Below, piece by piece: positions 6,669-16,274 of a stretch of 42,616 nt of DNA. The translations under genes were made by a program, and so were the position numbers. How positions within the stretch are numbered: position 1 is the first letter of the stretch; each line of letters opens with the position of its first letter. The notes under the pieces were generated by a model that saw nothing but the letters and a program-made list of their open reading frames with translations, was not told the DNA's origin and searched no databases. The DNA comes from a virus: positions 1-42,616 of IMG/VR virus record IMGVR_UViG_3300039098_000013. One strand, written 5' to 3'.

Positions 6669-9386
6669 TTATGATATAACTTTGGTATTTGTTCCCCACC
6701 CACCAGCAGGCTCTACTGTCGATGATGATGAGTTAATGAAGTTAACACTCATGACATTTGCGTCGATGTTAAATGCACCTGACGAGTTAAATGATGCGCT
6801 ATCACTTTTTATAAGGGTTAGCACAGCAGCTTTTCCACTAGCAATAGAGAATACAGTTGATGATATATTTATGATGCTATCGCCCGTCATTCTGACTGTT
6901 GTATCACCTTCGATCTGAAATGCACTAGCGCCTGTAAATATCATTCCGTTACCGAATCTTATCTTGCTGTTATCTAGCGATGTGACCCCTGTTGCTGTGT
7001 GAGTTCTGTTGTTGAATCTAAGCTCTATATTTACCGTGGTATCTGACAGTATCGGTGTTGTTGAAAACGTTTCAGTTGTGGTTGTTGATGATCCGTTTCG
7101 CAACTTCACTGACACATTTTGGTCTTTAAATACGCGATTTAATGCACCTTCAAGTGTTAACAGCGCAGAGTTATCATCGAATCCATAGTAACTATCAGAT
7201 CCTAATCCAGACCCGCTTATATTTGAGAATATCTCCCGTATTGGTCGTCGGTCGAAAGCCTCGTAGTAAACGGTAGGTGTACCCTGTCCATCGTTTCGTA
7301 TTGTGTAAGGTGTGGTTTGGATTAATCCTTGGTTAGGCGTTGCGTCTGCTGCATCCGTTGCAATACACCCTTGCATTAGGTTTATTTCTACATCGTTCTC
7401 AACATAAGACGCTAGTGGTCCAGTGCATCCGAAATCGAACTGCGAGAATGTAACCTTACTTCCCCCACCGAATCGACCAATAGGCTTAAACAATCGATTA
7501 GATGGTAAGAATGTTTTACCAGCGCTAAATTCTGCATTGCAACCCCTCAATGCCATTAGAGACTCATTAATACTCTCAGAGTGAGCCATGCCAACAAAGA
7601 AAGACGCATTTTGACCAAGGTATGACCTATTGTATTTTTCTTGTACCCAAGTCCCTATCTCAACTCTTCCGCTAGTAACATCTCGTATCACTAACGATGA
7701 TGGTACGTCGAAGTCACCAGTAACGAATGTCATAGCGTCTACATCAACCCACCAAGGCGGTAACACGTTACCGTATCTGATTCGGTCGCCAATGGAATTA
7801 CAGTAGTTTATACCACCTATATTCCCAACTGTACCTTCGAATATTGATAAAGCACTATCAAATGTTTGCGCCAAGTTGCCGTCGTAGTCGTAATCCCAAC
7901 ACGCTTGAAAGGAAGGTCCGTGCACTGTCTGTGACCAGTAGTTATTTTTCACCCTGTGCGACGACCCAACAAGCCTTAAAGGACTGAAGTGTATATCTCC
8001 TGTGTTGTTGTCATGTAGAGCAACGTCTGGGCATACAAGAATGTTTTCTATTCGCACGCCATCTACAGCCGTGTATTCTGCGTTATCTAGGTTGGTATTA
8101 GTTATAGCTATTGTTGTGCTAGTTATTCTCGTTCCGACAGAGTTAAAAGGTGCTGCATCAAAAACGTATTTAGTTTGTTTGGTTGCACCAAAGTTTGGTA
8201 CAAAGAAAGATCCAAGTTTGGTGTCATTGAATAAATCCATACCAAATGTTCTGATCACCGGAACGCCGATTATCGAGGTGTTAGGGTTTAACTTAACCAC
8301 ATCACCGAGCATGTACCTTGTTTGCGGTGTCGGTATTGATATAGCAGCCCTGAAAGTTCTAAGTACAGCGTTTGTTGCAGCTACGGATCCCTGCCATTCA
8401 AATGGGTTTAAATAACTAATAGCGTTTTCTAGTATGGGAGTGTTATCTGTTCCTGAAAGTGCCGCTTTATCCCAGTCACCTTTACCACCAGCCTGTAGAT
8501 AGTTCAATTCCTTATCAAACAGCAATTCTATTATATTTCCTGCTGCATCTGTGTGATGAATCAACCCGCCTGAATCCATATTGAGGGGGAATCCAGTTGG
8601 ACGCACAAAGTATTTTCCCCCACCACCATCATTAGGTGAGTAGTACCCTTTTGTATTTAATGTGGATCCTACAGGGAATGTACGGCTTGCAAAGTCAGAA
8701 ACAACTTGAACTTGATAGTTCAGTCCTGTTAATTTTACCGGATTACCATCTATGGTTGCGTTTCCGTTTTGAGGATCCCAAACAGTAACCGTACCATATG
8801 TTATTGGGCTAAAGATAAATCTCCCGTAAGTGGCATCATTAAGAATTTCCGCCCCTACCGGTACGTTATTGTTAGGAGGAGAAGTTGACACGCTTGCGGT
8901 TGCGTCTGTAGGGTATATAGACCCGCCGGATAACTTACCATCACCAGCGTTAGCCTGTTCTTGTGCTATTTGCTCAGCGCCTTCTTTGTTTATATCGCTG
9001 AATGGCTCAATATTTGAATCGCTTGTTGGGTCTGGGTATGTAGCTGAATCAATTGTGTAAGGAAGTGGCGTTCCTGGTATTGGAGTGCGTGGTGGCATAG
9101 CTTTCCATAACGATGGGCCAGTTGTCGCCCCTGCCCTGTCAAATACAACGTACTCATTGTATGAATTAAGCGTTAAGTTTGAACTGTAGTCGCCAATATC
9201 AACACCGCCTAGTGATGAAATTAGGTTATCAGCAGCATCATTAATCCCTTGCAGTGTTCTAATCTGCTTGCCAGATTTTGATGTTGTTGATGAGCTGCTT
9301 GACTCAACAACATCAGACAAAGTGTCGGTATCTTTACCAGCATCAATTAGCTGTGCATTTGTAACTAAGCCTGAACAGTCAGCCAT
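6669..9386 (-). CDS. Tailspike / tail fibre protein with a probable right-handed beta-helix (pectate-lyase-like) domain
   Basis: 905 aa and the last gene of the tail module. GGKGDWDKAALSGTDNTPILENAISYLNP resembles the start of tailspike beta-helix domains. Confidence 0.6.
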   Translation of the reverse strand: MADCSGLVTNAQLIDAGKDTDTLSDVVESSSSSTTSKSGKQIRTLQGINDAADNLISSLGGVDIGDYSSNLTLNSYNEYVVFDRAGATTGPSLWKAMPPRTPIPGTPLPYTIDSATYPDPTSDSNIEPFSDINKEGAEQIAQEQANAGDGKLSGGSIYPTDATASVSTSPPNNNVPVGAEILNDATYGRFIFSPITYGTVTVWDPQNGNATIDGNPVKLTGLNYQVQVVSDFASRTFPVGSTLNTKGYYSPNDGGGGKYFVRPTGFPLNMDSGGLIHHTDAAGNIIELLFDKELNYLQAGGKGDWDKAALSGTDNTPILENAISYLNPFEWQGSVAATNAVLRTFRAAISIPTPQTRYMLGDVVKLNPNTSIIGVPVIRTFGMDLFNDTKLGSFFVPNFGATKQTKYVFDAAPFNSVGTRITSTTIAITNTNLDNAEYTAVDGVRIENILVCPDVALHDNNTGDIHFSPLRLVGSSHRVKNNYWSQTVHGPSFQACWDYDYDGNLAQTFDSALSIFEGTVGNIGGINYCNSIGDRIRYGNVLPPWWVDVDAMTFVTGDFDVPSSLVIRDVTSGRVEIGTWVQEKYNRSYLGQNASFFVGMAHSESINESLMALRGCNAEFSAGKTFLPSNRLFKPIGRFGGGSKVTFSQFDFGCTGPLASYVENDVEINLMQGCIATDAADATPNQGLIQTTPYTIRNDGQGTPTVYYEAFDRRPIREIFSNISGSGLGSDSYYGFDDNSALLTLEGALNRVFKDQNVSVKLRNGSSTTTTETFSTTPILSDTTVNIELRFNNRTHTATGVTSLDNSKIRFGNGMIFTGASAFQIEGDTTVRMTGDSIINISSTVFSIASGKAAVLTLIKSDSASFNSSGAFNIDANVMSVNFINSSSSTVEPAGGWGTNTKVIS

Positions 9387-9411
9387 TTTATTTACCTCAA
9401 ATTCATTTCGT

Positions 9412-9424
9412 TACATTATAACAT
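9412..9424 (-). promoter_or_regulatory. Extended -10 promoter motif TGTTATAATGTAAC
   Basis: Minus strand reads aaTGTTATAATgtaacgaaatgaatttGAGGtaaataaaATG and leads into the tailspike gene. Confidence 0.5.
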
Positions 9425-11931
9425 TAAAAGAACCCATCACTAAAGCCGTCACTAAACCCTGATTTAATAACCTGCACTGGATCAAACTCATAATACAGGT
9501 CTGAGTAATTAACGGCCTTTATTTTAACTGAGTTCTTATCACTAGGGTCAATCTCTTGCGGTATCATCAATTGACCTTTCAGCCTTGACTCACTGCCAAT
9601 ACTAAACTCTGTCCTTAGCGCGCTATTTCCGGTGTAAATATCCTCACCAGGTAAAAATCCAAGCTGCACGACTCTATATTTCGGGTTATCAAACACAGGT
9701 ATCGACTCAGTAGAGCCATCACGACGCTTTAATACTATTGTGTAATCTTCACCAGCCTCAAATGGTATATCTTGCGACAGCGCCAATAGAAGACCATTTT
9801 GTTCAAGTATTTCACCGTCGTAAGTAAATACACGGCTACCTTTAACTACGCTAATTACCTGCTGTGGACGTACGAAGCGACCCTCTGGTGTCGAAGTGAA
9901 ATCAACGGTGATTTCTTGGAACCTTAACTTCTGGTATTCACGCATCATTCGCCATGTAGCTTGGGTTATTCCTTTTATTCCACTTATCTCAAGTTTTAAC
10001 GGATTCTTTCCGCTTCGGTCTTCGGGGAAGTAAAGTATCTCCTGTGTGTAGAATTCATCATCAGTGTACTTAAATTCTATTGAGTCTTTTCTATCAGTGG
10101 ATGAAAAATCACGAGTCCACGTTTCACTATTTGGCACTTTTGACCGATGAGTAAATACCATGTTAGGTATTGATTGCGGCTGCTCAAACCACCCCTTTAA
10201 TACTCGACCCTCACGCCACAGGGTAATAAATGCAGCGTTAGCAATGGTGTAAAACGTATCTTGTGCAGTTGTTTTTGTTGAGTCGAACGAGTAACTAAAC
10301 TGGCCTGATAAAACACTATTAAAATATGATTCGTTTTCATCTTGAATTTGTATTAATAAATCAGCATCAAGCTCGCTTAAATGCCTACGACCAACTTTAG
10401 GGTCTAACGCTAATCTTATAAGGCTTTGCATTGCTTGAGTGTTAACAGATAGATTCGTGTCAAACACATCATTGCCAAGGTACTTATAAATCTTCTCTGT
10501 AGCTATTACATTTACTTCAGGCTCTTTTATGACGGTTGTTTTATCTATGGCCTTTCTCTGAGTTTGGATAGTTGTTACGTTACCGAAATCAGTTTTATTA
10601 ACTGAGAACAACCCGAATACAGAACGGAGCTTTATCTCATCAACAACATTGCCGTTAAACTCATAATCTTTAGGTGTATTTCTTTGCACCCACCAACGAA
10701 CGAACGTTAACCCGCCAAGGTTAACATCTGTAGTGTTACCTTTTACCGATGCATTACGGCCGCTAATAATCTGGTCTATTGGTGTTTCTGGACCTACAGG
10801 ATCTAAGTTGTCATTAAGCTTTTGATAGATAACCGTGTAATCAACTTGAGTTCCTTGACGTCCGTCAGCCTCTTCTTTGTACATTCCAGCAGGCGCATAA
10901 ACATTAACGATCAACCGGTCAATCTTTGTTGATGAAATTGTATAAGGACCAATCTTTGTATCGCCAACCTTTTCAACTCGTGGAAATAGCCCCCTATCTA
11001 TTGGTTGTCCTCCAGGTAGTATTCCCGCCCAAGATGGATCGCCACTAATATCAAACTGAATGCTGGTTGATGTAACAGCCGTTACAGGCATAGCATTAGG
11101 ACCGATTACTTGACCGTTAATCTCAACGTTAACTAGCTTAGCCATATCTCCAACAATAAATGTCTGGTCGAAATCAGCATTTGCCTCAAATAATCCAGTT
11201 GGATATAAAATCTCATTTGTTCCACGAGTATCAATAGCAACTTCGTTTGAAGCTGGTATTGTCTGGTCCAATGCATCTGTAGGCTGAAATACGCCGTAAA
11301 CAGTCTCATTTATTAACTCGCCAACCTGAATATCTGGCGCTGAGTTGTTCGGTGATTTGTACGGACCGTAAACACCGGCAGATTGTTCAGAGTCAGAAAA
11401 CAAAGTGTCGCCATCACGAATATCTTTAACATCTATATTGTTTCTAGCTATACAGTAATAACCGGTTCTAACTTCGATATCACTCTCATACTTTGCCCAT
11501 TCTGCTGCGGCAACATCAGGAATTGATTTAACCTCACCGCAAATATCAACAATACGCTGATTAGGTCTAGGTGTGTTTCTACGGTCTGAAAGTGAGTTGT
11601 TTGGTGACTCTTGCTGCCTGTTTACGTTATCTAACGCCTTTGGTTGGGGCGTCAGCAAGGCAACGCCAACACCAACAACAACGGCAACGATTGCGTAAAC
11701 AGCGGTAACAACATCACCTGGAGCGGTTACAATGCAAACATCAGTGGCAAATTCCATAGCGTCAGAATGAGTTATTTCATGCTCACCAGATAATCCACCT
11801 TGGTAAACTTTGAATGAATTGCCACCTGACAGATTATTAACTATCCACTCATGTGCAAACCCATCAAACGCAATGGTTTCGTGTTTGTATTCTTTCTCAG
11901 CATCAAAACTGTGTAGTTGAATTATCGCCAC
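9424..11931 (-). CDS. Tail tip / host-specificity protein (gpJ-like, with a gpI-like N-terminal segment)
   Basis: 835 aa, downstream of the NlpC/P60-like gene. The N-terminal 100 aa include a hydrophobic AVYAIVAVVVGVGVALL segment, followed by SPNNSLSDRRNTPRPNQRIVDICGEV. Confidence 0.55.
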   Translation of the reverse strand: MAIIQLHSFDAEKEYKHETIAFDGFAHEWIVNNLSGGNSFKVYQGGLSGEHEITHSDAMEFATDVCIVTAPGDVVTAVYAIVAVVVGVGVALLTPQPKALDNVNRQQESPNNSLSDRRNTPRPNQRIVDICGEVKSIPDVAAAEWAKYESDIEVRTGYYCIARNNIDVKDIRDGDTLFSDSEQSAGVYGPYKSPNNSAPDIQVGELINETVYGVFQPTDALDQTIPASNEVAIDTRGTNEILYPTGLFEANADFDQTFIVGDMAKLVNVEINGQVIGPNAMPVTAVTSTSIQFDISGDPSWAGILPGGQPIDRGLFPRVEKVGDTKIGPYTISSTKIDRLIVNVYAPAGMYKEEADGRQGTQVDYTVIYQKLNDNLDPVGPETPIDQIISGRNASVKGNTTDVNLGGLTFVRWWVQRNTPKDYEFNGNVVDEIKLRSVFGLFSVNKTDFGNVTTIQTQRKAIDKTTVIKEPEVNVIATEKIYKYLGNDVFDTNLSVNTQAMQSLIRLALDPKVGRRHLSELDADLLIQIQDENESYFNSVLSGQFSYSFDSTKTTAQDTFYTIANAAFITLWREGRVLKGWFEQPQSIPNMVFTHRSKVPNSETWTRDFSSTDRKDSIEFKYTDDEFYTQEILYFPEDRSGKNPLKLEISGIKGITQATWRMMREYQKLRFQEITVDFTSTPEGRFVRPQQVISVVKGSRVFTYDGEILEQNGLLLALSQDIPFEAGEDYTIVLKRRDGSTESIPVFDNPKYRVVQLGFLPGEDIYTGNSALRTEFSIGSESRLKGQLMIPQEIDPSDKNSVKIKAVNYSDLYYEFDPVQVIKSGFSDGFSDGFF

Positions 11932-12287
11932 AGCGTAACCCCTTCAAAACTTTTAATGAAGCTATTATAACTTTGATGAACGACTTGACCTAATGCCCTG
12001 TCACAATGAAATACTCGCCCATTATGATACACACCGCAGTGATAAACCTTCGATGACCCCTTAGTCTTTGACCCGATAACAACATCGAAGTCTTGATGTG
12101 AATCAACTTTTGATAGTCCGTGGTCTATTTTACTCATTTCACTAGTTATCGTATTGAATGCATCGCTAAGGTTTTTTACTATGAAATCCTTTGTATTTAT
12201 TCCTGCTTGCTCTCGTATATCCTTGACGTATATCCAACAGTGATAATCACGGAATGAGTAAGGCTTACCAATCTTGAAATCAATCAT
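11922..12287 (-). CDS. NlpC/P60-like tail tip assembly protein (gpK-like)
   Basis: Cys/His candidates lie in YHCWIYV and VYHCGVYH. Position is between the DUF1833-like and gpJ-like genes. ATG at 12287 forms an ATGA overlap; the track start 12308 is the alternative. Confidence 0.45.
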   Translation of the reverse strand: MIDFKIGKPYSFRDYHCWIYVKDIREQAGINTKDFIVKNLSDAFNTITSEMSKIDHGLSKVDSHQDFDVVIGSKTKGSSKVYHCGVYHNGRVFHCDRALGQVVHQSYNSFIKSFEGVTLWR

Positions 12288-12784
12288 ACAGACCTCAACA
12301 TGGGCCATGTTTGAAAGTCATAAATCTCGCCGGTCTCGTCCGAGTTAAGTTTAGGTACACCCGTCTGGATGCTAAATGAGCCTTTCTTTTGCGGGACTTT
12401 ATCGACTTCATACACTAACCACTCAGCAGGGCTATCAAGAAAGTCACTTTCGTATATTCCGAAAGTTGCGAGAATATTTTCAGTGTTACCAATTGGTATC
12501 CTATCCAATTCATCATCAAGAATGTTTTGAACGTCTGGTAGTGAATAAGTAGCGGTTTGAGACAGATCATTACTGTTTACCGCGTTAGATGATTGAAACG
12601 GTAAAGCCGTATATGTTCTAGATAACCCATCGTTATCATTGGCAACTAGATCAACGGAGTCATTAACAAAGTAATACGTTTGGCTTAGTAGTGAGTGAGA
12701 TAATATTAAAGTCTCGTAATACCGCCTCCCTTCCGGCTTTGAATTTAGCAACTCCTTGTATGCTTGAAAGCTTTCTGCGCTCAT
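12284..12784 (-). CDS. DUF1833-like minor tail protein
   Basis: YYETLILSHSLLSQTYYFVNDSVDLVAND...YTALPFQ resembles DUF1833, and it sits in the tail-tip block. Confidence 0.5.
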   Translation of the reverse strand: MSAESFQAYKELLNSKPEGRRYYETLILSHSLLSQTYYFVNDSVDLVANDNDGLSRTYTALPFQSSNAVNSNDLSQTATYSLPDVQNILDDELDRIPIGNTENILATFGIYESDFLDSPAEWLVYEVDKVPQKKGSFSIQTGVPKLNSDETGEIYDFQTWPMLRSV

Positions 12785-13278
12785 TATTGGTACTCCAGCT
12801 TGTTTTCCATATTAACTATTACGCTATCTAAATTAGATAGGATGCTTGGAAGTTGATCTCCATAGCAGTTATATAGATCGTAAAAGTTTGGACAATCTTC
12901 TTCAAGTTGTGACGATGTTGACTCTGCGATTAATGTAACGGCTAGATACCAATTACCATTGGATGGTCGCGTCATTTTCCATGTGCCAGGAACGATTATA
13001 CATTGATGCTCTTCTATGCCATTACCGCTATCAAGCTGCATCTTAAATGAATCAGCGCCGTGATTAATGCGCCAGTCGTAAAAGTAACTTAATGCCTTGT
13101 ATCCATTATCGCTTAGCGTGAAGTTGAGCTGAAATGGTACAGCTTCGATACTAAGGTTTAATCCAATACGAGGGACGCCGCCAGCAACATCGATATTAAC
13201 GATATTTGACCCGCGTGAAGTTGTGTAAGACTTGTTAAGCAATGGCTTTATTGTTGGTGGCCACACTTCATCGCTCAT
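12784..13278 (-). CDS. Minor tail protein (distal tail, gpM-position)
   Basis: 164-aa ORF immediately after the tape measure gene. Called by position only. Confidence 0.4.
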   Translation of the reverse strand: MSDEVWPPTIKPLLNKSYTTSRGSNIVNIDVAGGVPRIGLNLSIEAVPFQLNFTLSDNGYKALSYFYDWRINHGADSFKMQLDSGNGIEEHQCIIVPGTWKMTRPSNGNWYLAVTLIAESTSSQLEEDCPNFYDLYNCYGDQLPSILSNLDSVIVNMENKLEYQ

Positions 13279-13288
13279 AAATTACCCC

Positions 13289-15430
13289 TTAGAATCCTGG
13301 TTGACCGCTGGTTGTTTTTCTAGCCTTAGCTATCTGGGATGTGTTGTTTTGCAAGTCGCCTGCTACAGTGTCACGTATTAAAAGTATTGTAGATCCATCA
13401 TCCCCATTTTCCTCTGTGAATGTTTTATTGCCAGAAGACTGATCGATTACCGTGAGATTAACATTTGCTTGTTGCCCACCTGCCGCGCCACCCATCAACT
13501 GCATCATTTGCTGTTTAGTTCTAACTCTACTGTTAGATGACGGCGCGATGACCTCGATTTCACCTTGTTCAGCGATGGTTGATTGCTGACCCGCCGCCAA
13601 GTCACCACCAGTATGACGAGCTGATGTGATTGCGCTTACATTTGCTAAGCCTGCACCAATTGCAACGCCAGCAGCGGCAGCACCTAATGCTGGACCAACG
13701 TAAGGGATGCTTGCAAGTGCAGCATACGCTCCGTTTGCAGCTGTGTATGTGTCGATAGTCGCTTGAGTTATTGCAGCAGCCTTGTATATTGACGACTGCT
13801 CACCAAGTGTTGATTTTAGAGAGCTTGTTGTGTTATCCAATGCTGTTAACTGAGCTGCTTGCTGTTGGTTTGCGATCACCTCGTTAAGCTTTGCATTTCT
13901 TTCATTGTCAGCGGTGATTGCATCATTAGCCGCTTTGTTTTTATCTGAAAGTTGAGTGTAATAATTGTCCCATACTTCTAGCCGTAACGCCGCCTGCTCT
14001 TGCTCAGACAGCGTTGAATTTGAAATTAATTCAGCTTGGTTAAGGGTACTTTGAAGTAATGCTTCTTCCTCTGATAACAAGCCAGTTCTTATTGTTTCAA
14101 CCTGCTTATCAATTCTATCTTGAGTTGCCTGAACTCGTTTAGCTTCAGATTCAGCCTCTTTTGCTAAAATTTCATCCTGCTTTACAATTCTTGCCGCTGC
14201 GTCTGCGTCATCTAGCGATTTTTGCTTAGCAATTCCAGCAGCCCTAGCGTCGGCCGCTGCTTGTTCTTTGTCTGCTAGTGCTGCAATTAAATCATCCTGC
14301 TCAGATAGCGAATCATTATATAAGCCTTGAGCTACAGTAAGCTGGTCAACTATTCCTTTCCTCTGAGTCTCGAAAGCAGCCAAAGCCTGACCGCTACCAA
14401 GAGCTTTTCTTTGCTCATCGCTATATCTGAGTAGCTTGTCATTTAGCGCATCTATTGCTTTTTGCTGCCCATCCATTGATGTGGTAATTGTATCTAGCTG
14501 GTTCTCAGTTGTTCCGCCTGTTATTAAATCAGTCATTGATTGAAGCGAGCTTGATAGCCAGTCAACAGCATCGCCTGTTGCTGTTACCGTTCCAGTTTCA
14601 CTAGCTAAGGCAATGGTGAACTCTTCCCATTTCTGACCAGCAGTATCAAACTTACCTGCAAGTGAGTCACTGGCAACAGCAGCGCCAGCGCCGCCTACCT
14701 GCTCTTGTAGCGCTGCAAGTATTACCTGCTGAGCGCCTGCAACGTCGCCACCTTCTTGTAAAAGCTGGATTGTCTCTTTCTGAGTGCTGTTAAAAGATAT
14801 TCCGACCCTGGTTAATGCGGACATCCCCGTTATTGGATCTTGTAATGCCTTGCCTAATTGAACCGCATTTGATGTTATTGACCCGAATCCAGTTTCAGCA
14901 AGATCTTGCGATAGCTCGATAGCCTCGGTGAATACGTCACGAGTAACGCGGTTAAATGTTAATAATTGAGCTTGCGCTGCCTGAACTTCCTTAGTGCTTG
15001 TTAATGTTGCCAGTGCTAATTCAGCGGCTTGATCTTGTAACTCTTGCGCTGATATTCCAGCGGCATTGCCCGTCGCCTTTAGTAACGCTTCAGTCCTTGC
15101 AAGGTTTACATTGTAATCATCAATGTTTTGCGTACCCTGAAACATGGCAGCACCAACACCAGCAATAGCCACACCAAAACCAGTAGCGACAGCGGTTCCT
15201 GATGTAAGCACTGTGGTTAGTGATGCTATTCTTCCAGATACAGCTCCGAGAGGCCCGTTAATACTTGCCACTGCAGCCGACGCGTTTCTTCCTACAGATT
15301 TTAATGAATTTTCTAGTTTATTAACATTCTTTGACGTCTTACCAGCCTGAGTTGATAGCCCTTTAAGCTCTTTCTCTGCCTTTGACGCGCCTTTGGTTGA
15401 CACCTCTGCTGTTAGTTTTGCAGTCGCCAT
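13289..15430 (-). CDS. Tail tape measure protein
   Basis: 713 aa, Ala/Gln-rich coiled-coil composition with hydrophobic G/A stretches, directly downstream of the frameshifted chaperone pair. Confidence 0.85.
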   Translation of the reverse strand: MATAKLTAEVSTKGASKAEKELKGLSTQAGKTSKNVNKLENSLKSVGRNASAAVASINGPLGAVSGRIASLTTVLTSGTAVATGFGVAIAGVGAAMFQGTQNIDDYNVNLARTEALLKATGNAAGISAQELQDQAAELALATLTSTKEVQAAQAQLLTFNRVTRDVFTEAIELSQDLAETGFGSITSNAVQLGKALQDPITGMSALTRVGISFNSTQKETIQLLQEGGDVAGAQQVILAALQEQVGGAGAAVASDSLAGKFDTAGQKWEEFTIALASETGTVTATGDAVDWLSSSLQSMTDLITGGTTENQLDTITTSMDGQQKAIDALNDKLLRYSDEQRKALGSGQALAAFETQRKGIVDQLTVAQGLYNDSLSEQDDLIAALADKEQAAADARAAGIAKQKSLDDADAAARIVKQDEILAKEAESEAKRVQATQDRIDKQVETIRTGLLSEEEALLQSTLNQAELISNSTLSEQEQAALRLEVWDNYYTQLSDKNKAANDAITADNERNAKLNEVIANQQQAAQLTALDNTTSSLKSTLGEQSSIYKAAAITQATIDTYTAANGAYAALASIPYVGPALGAAAAGVAIGAGLANVSAITSARHTGGDLAAGQQSTIAEQGEIEVIAPSSNSRVRTKQQMMQLMGGAAGGQQANVNLTVIDQSSGNKTFTEENGDDGSTILLIRDTVAGDLQNNTSQIAKARKTTSGQPGF

Positions 15431-16169
15431 TATTCACCCCTGCTGTATGTAAATATTCCATCAATGCTCATGATTGTCTCAGCCTCCCACGGGGCGAATG
15501 TATATCCTGATAATTCAGAATATGCGTTTATATCATTCCATTTTATCACATCACGGGCGATCAATAAAAAACCGTCATCATTTCTAATGCGGCTGAACTT
15601 CATTGTCTTGAATATATTAACTAGATAGGTGAGTGAGAAATCCAACTCAGGTTCTTTTTCTTCAGGAAGTGCACCCATTGAAATTAGGGCGTTGATGTGA
15701 TCACGGTCATTTCCACCGTGCTTTGATGGTGTAAGTCCGCGATAATGGAACTCACACCAATCAAGAATGTTATCTATTTTTTTTTATGCTTTGCTTCGTG
15801 ACCGTATGCAATAGCAATAATTGCCCATGCTAACCCGTCGTTTTCTTCAAGTAACTGGAATAGCATCTTTTTATCTAACTCACCAAAAGACCACTCTTTG
15901 ACTAGAACCATTGCGAAGTCGATATTTATTACTTCATCTTCTTGCTTTTTCTCAGTCAATAGGATTGATTGATCTTTCTCATCTTTATACTTTTCAGCAA
16001 TGGCAGCGCGTGAGACTTGCCATTTAATTCGAGAATTAGAAACTGATTTAGCCTCAACACCAGAGACCTCAAGTGATTGGCCTGTCTTCTTGTTGTTTTT
16101 CTTGAGTTCAAGGGTAACAGTATCTTCACTGTTTGTTTTTGTTAGGAAGTCTTCAAATGTATATGTCAT
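15430..16169 (-). CDS. Tail assembly chaperone, long form made by a -1 programmed frameshift (GT-like, about 246 aa)
   Basis: The 0-frame ORF ends CAT AAA AAA AAA TAG. The -1 frame is open from the A-run through 33 codons into the 15430..15678 ORF; I checked this codon by codon. Confidence 0.7.
15774..16169 (-). CDS. Tail assembly chaperone, short form (G-like)
   Basis: 131-aa acidic ORF between the major tail and tape measure genes. Confidence 0.7.
   Translation of the reverse strand: MTYTFEDFLTKTNSEDTVTLELKKNNKKTGQSLEVSGVEAKSVSNSRIKWQVSRAAIAEKYKDEKDQSILLTEKKQEDEVINIDFAMVLVKEWSFGELDKKMLFQLLEENDGLAWAIIAIAYGHEAKHKKK
15777..15785 (-). promoter_or_regulatory. Slippery A9 tract (A AAA AAA heptamer) for a -1 ribosomal frameshift
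   Basis: There are nine consecutive T on the plus strand at 15777-15785, immediately before the 0-frame TAG. Confidence 0.7.
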
Positions 16170-16196
16170 AGTTTGCCCGATTTATTATGCCGTGTT

Positions 16197-16274
16197 AAAA
16201 ACTTGAGCAGACCGCACACGGACGGAGGACGGTCGTTTCGGGTATCCCCTAGCTCAAGTGTTACATTATAACGC
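16197..16274 (-). promoter_or_regulatory. Promoter-like -10 (GTTATAATGTAAC) followed at about +1 by a ~60-nt branched hairpin and a U5 tract
   Basis: Minus strand reads cGTTATAATgtaacaCTTGAGCtagGGGataCCCgaaacGACCGtcctccgtccgtgtgCGGTCtGCTCAAGTTTTT. It lies between the major tail and chaperone genes. Confidence 0.5.

Noticed and set aside
6409-6703. ORFs 6409..6651(-), 6446..6703(-) and 6473..6679(+).
   Set aside because: They are artefacts of the CAG/CAA low-complexity stretch that encodes the Q-rich tail, and they cross the terminator.
8002-9462. Plus-strand ORFs 8002..8415, 8830..9060 and 9268..9462.
   Set aside because: They are antisense to the 905-aa tailspike gene and have no start context.
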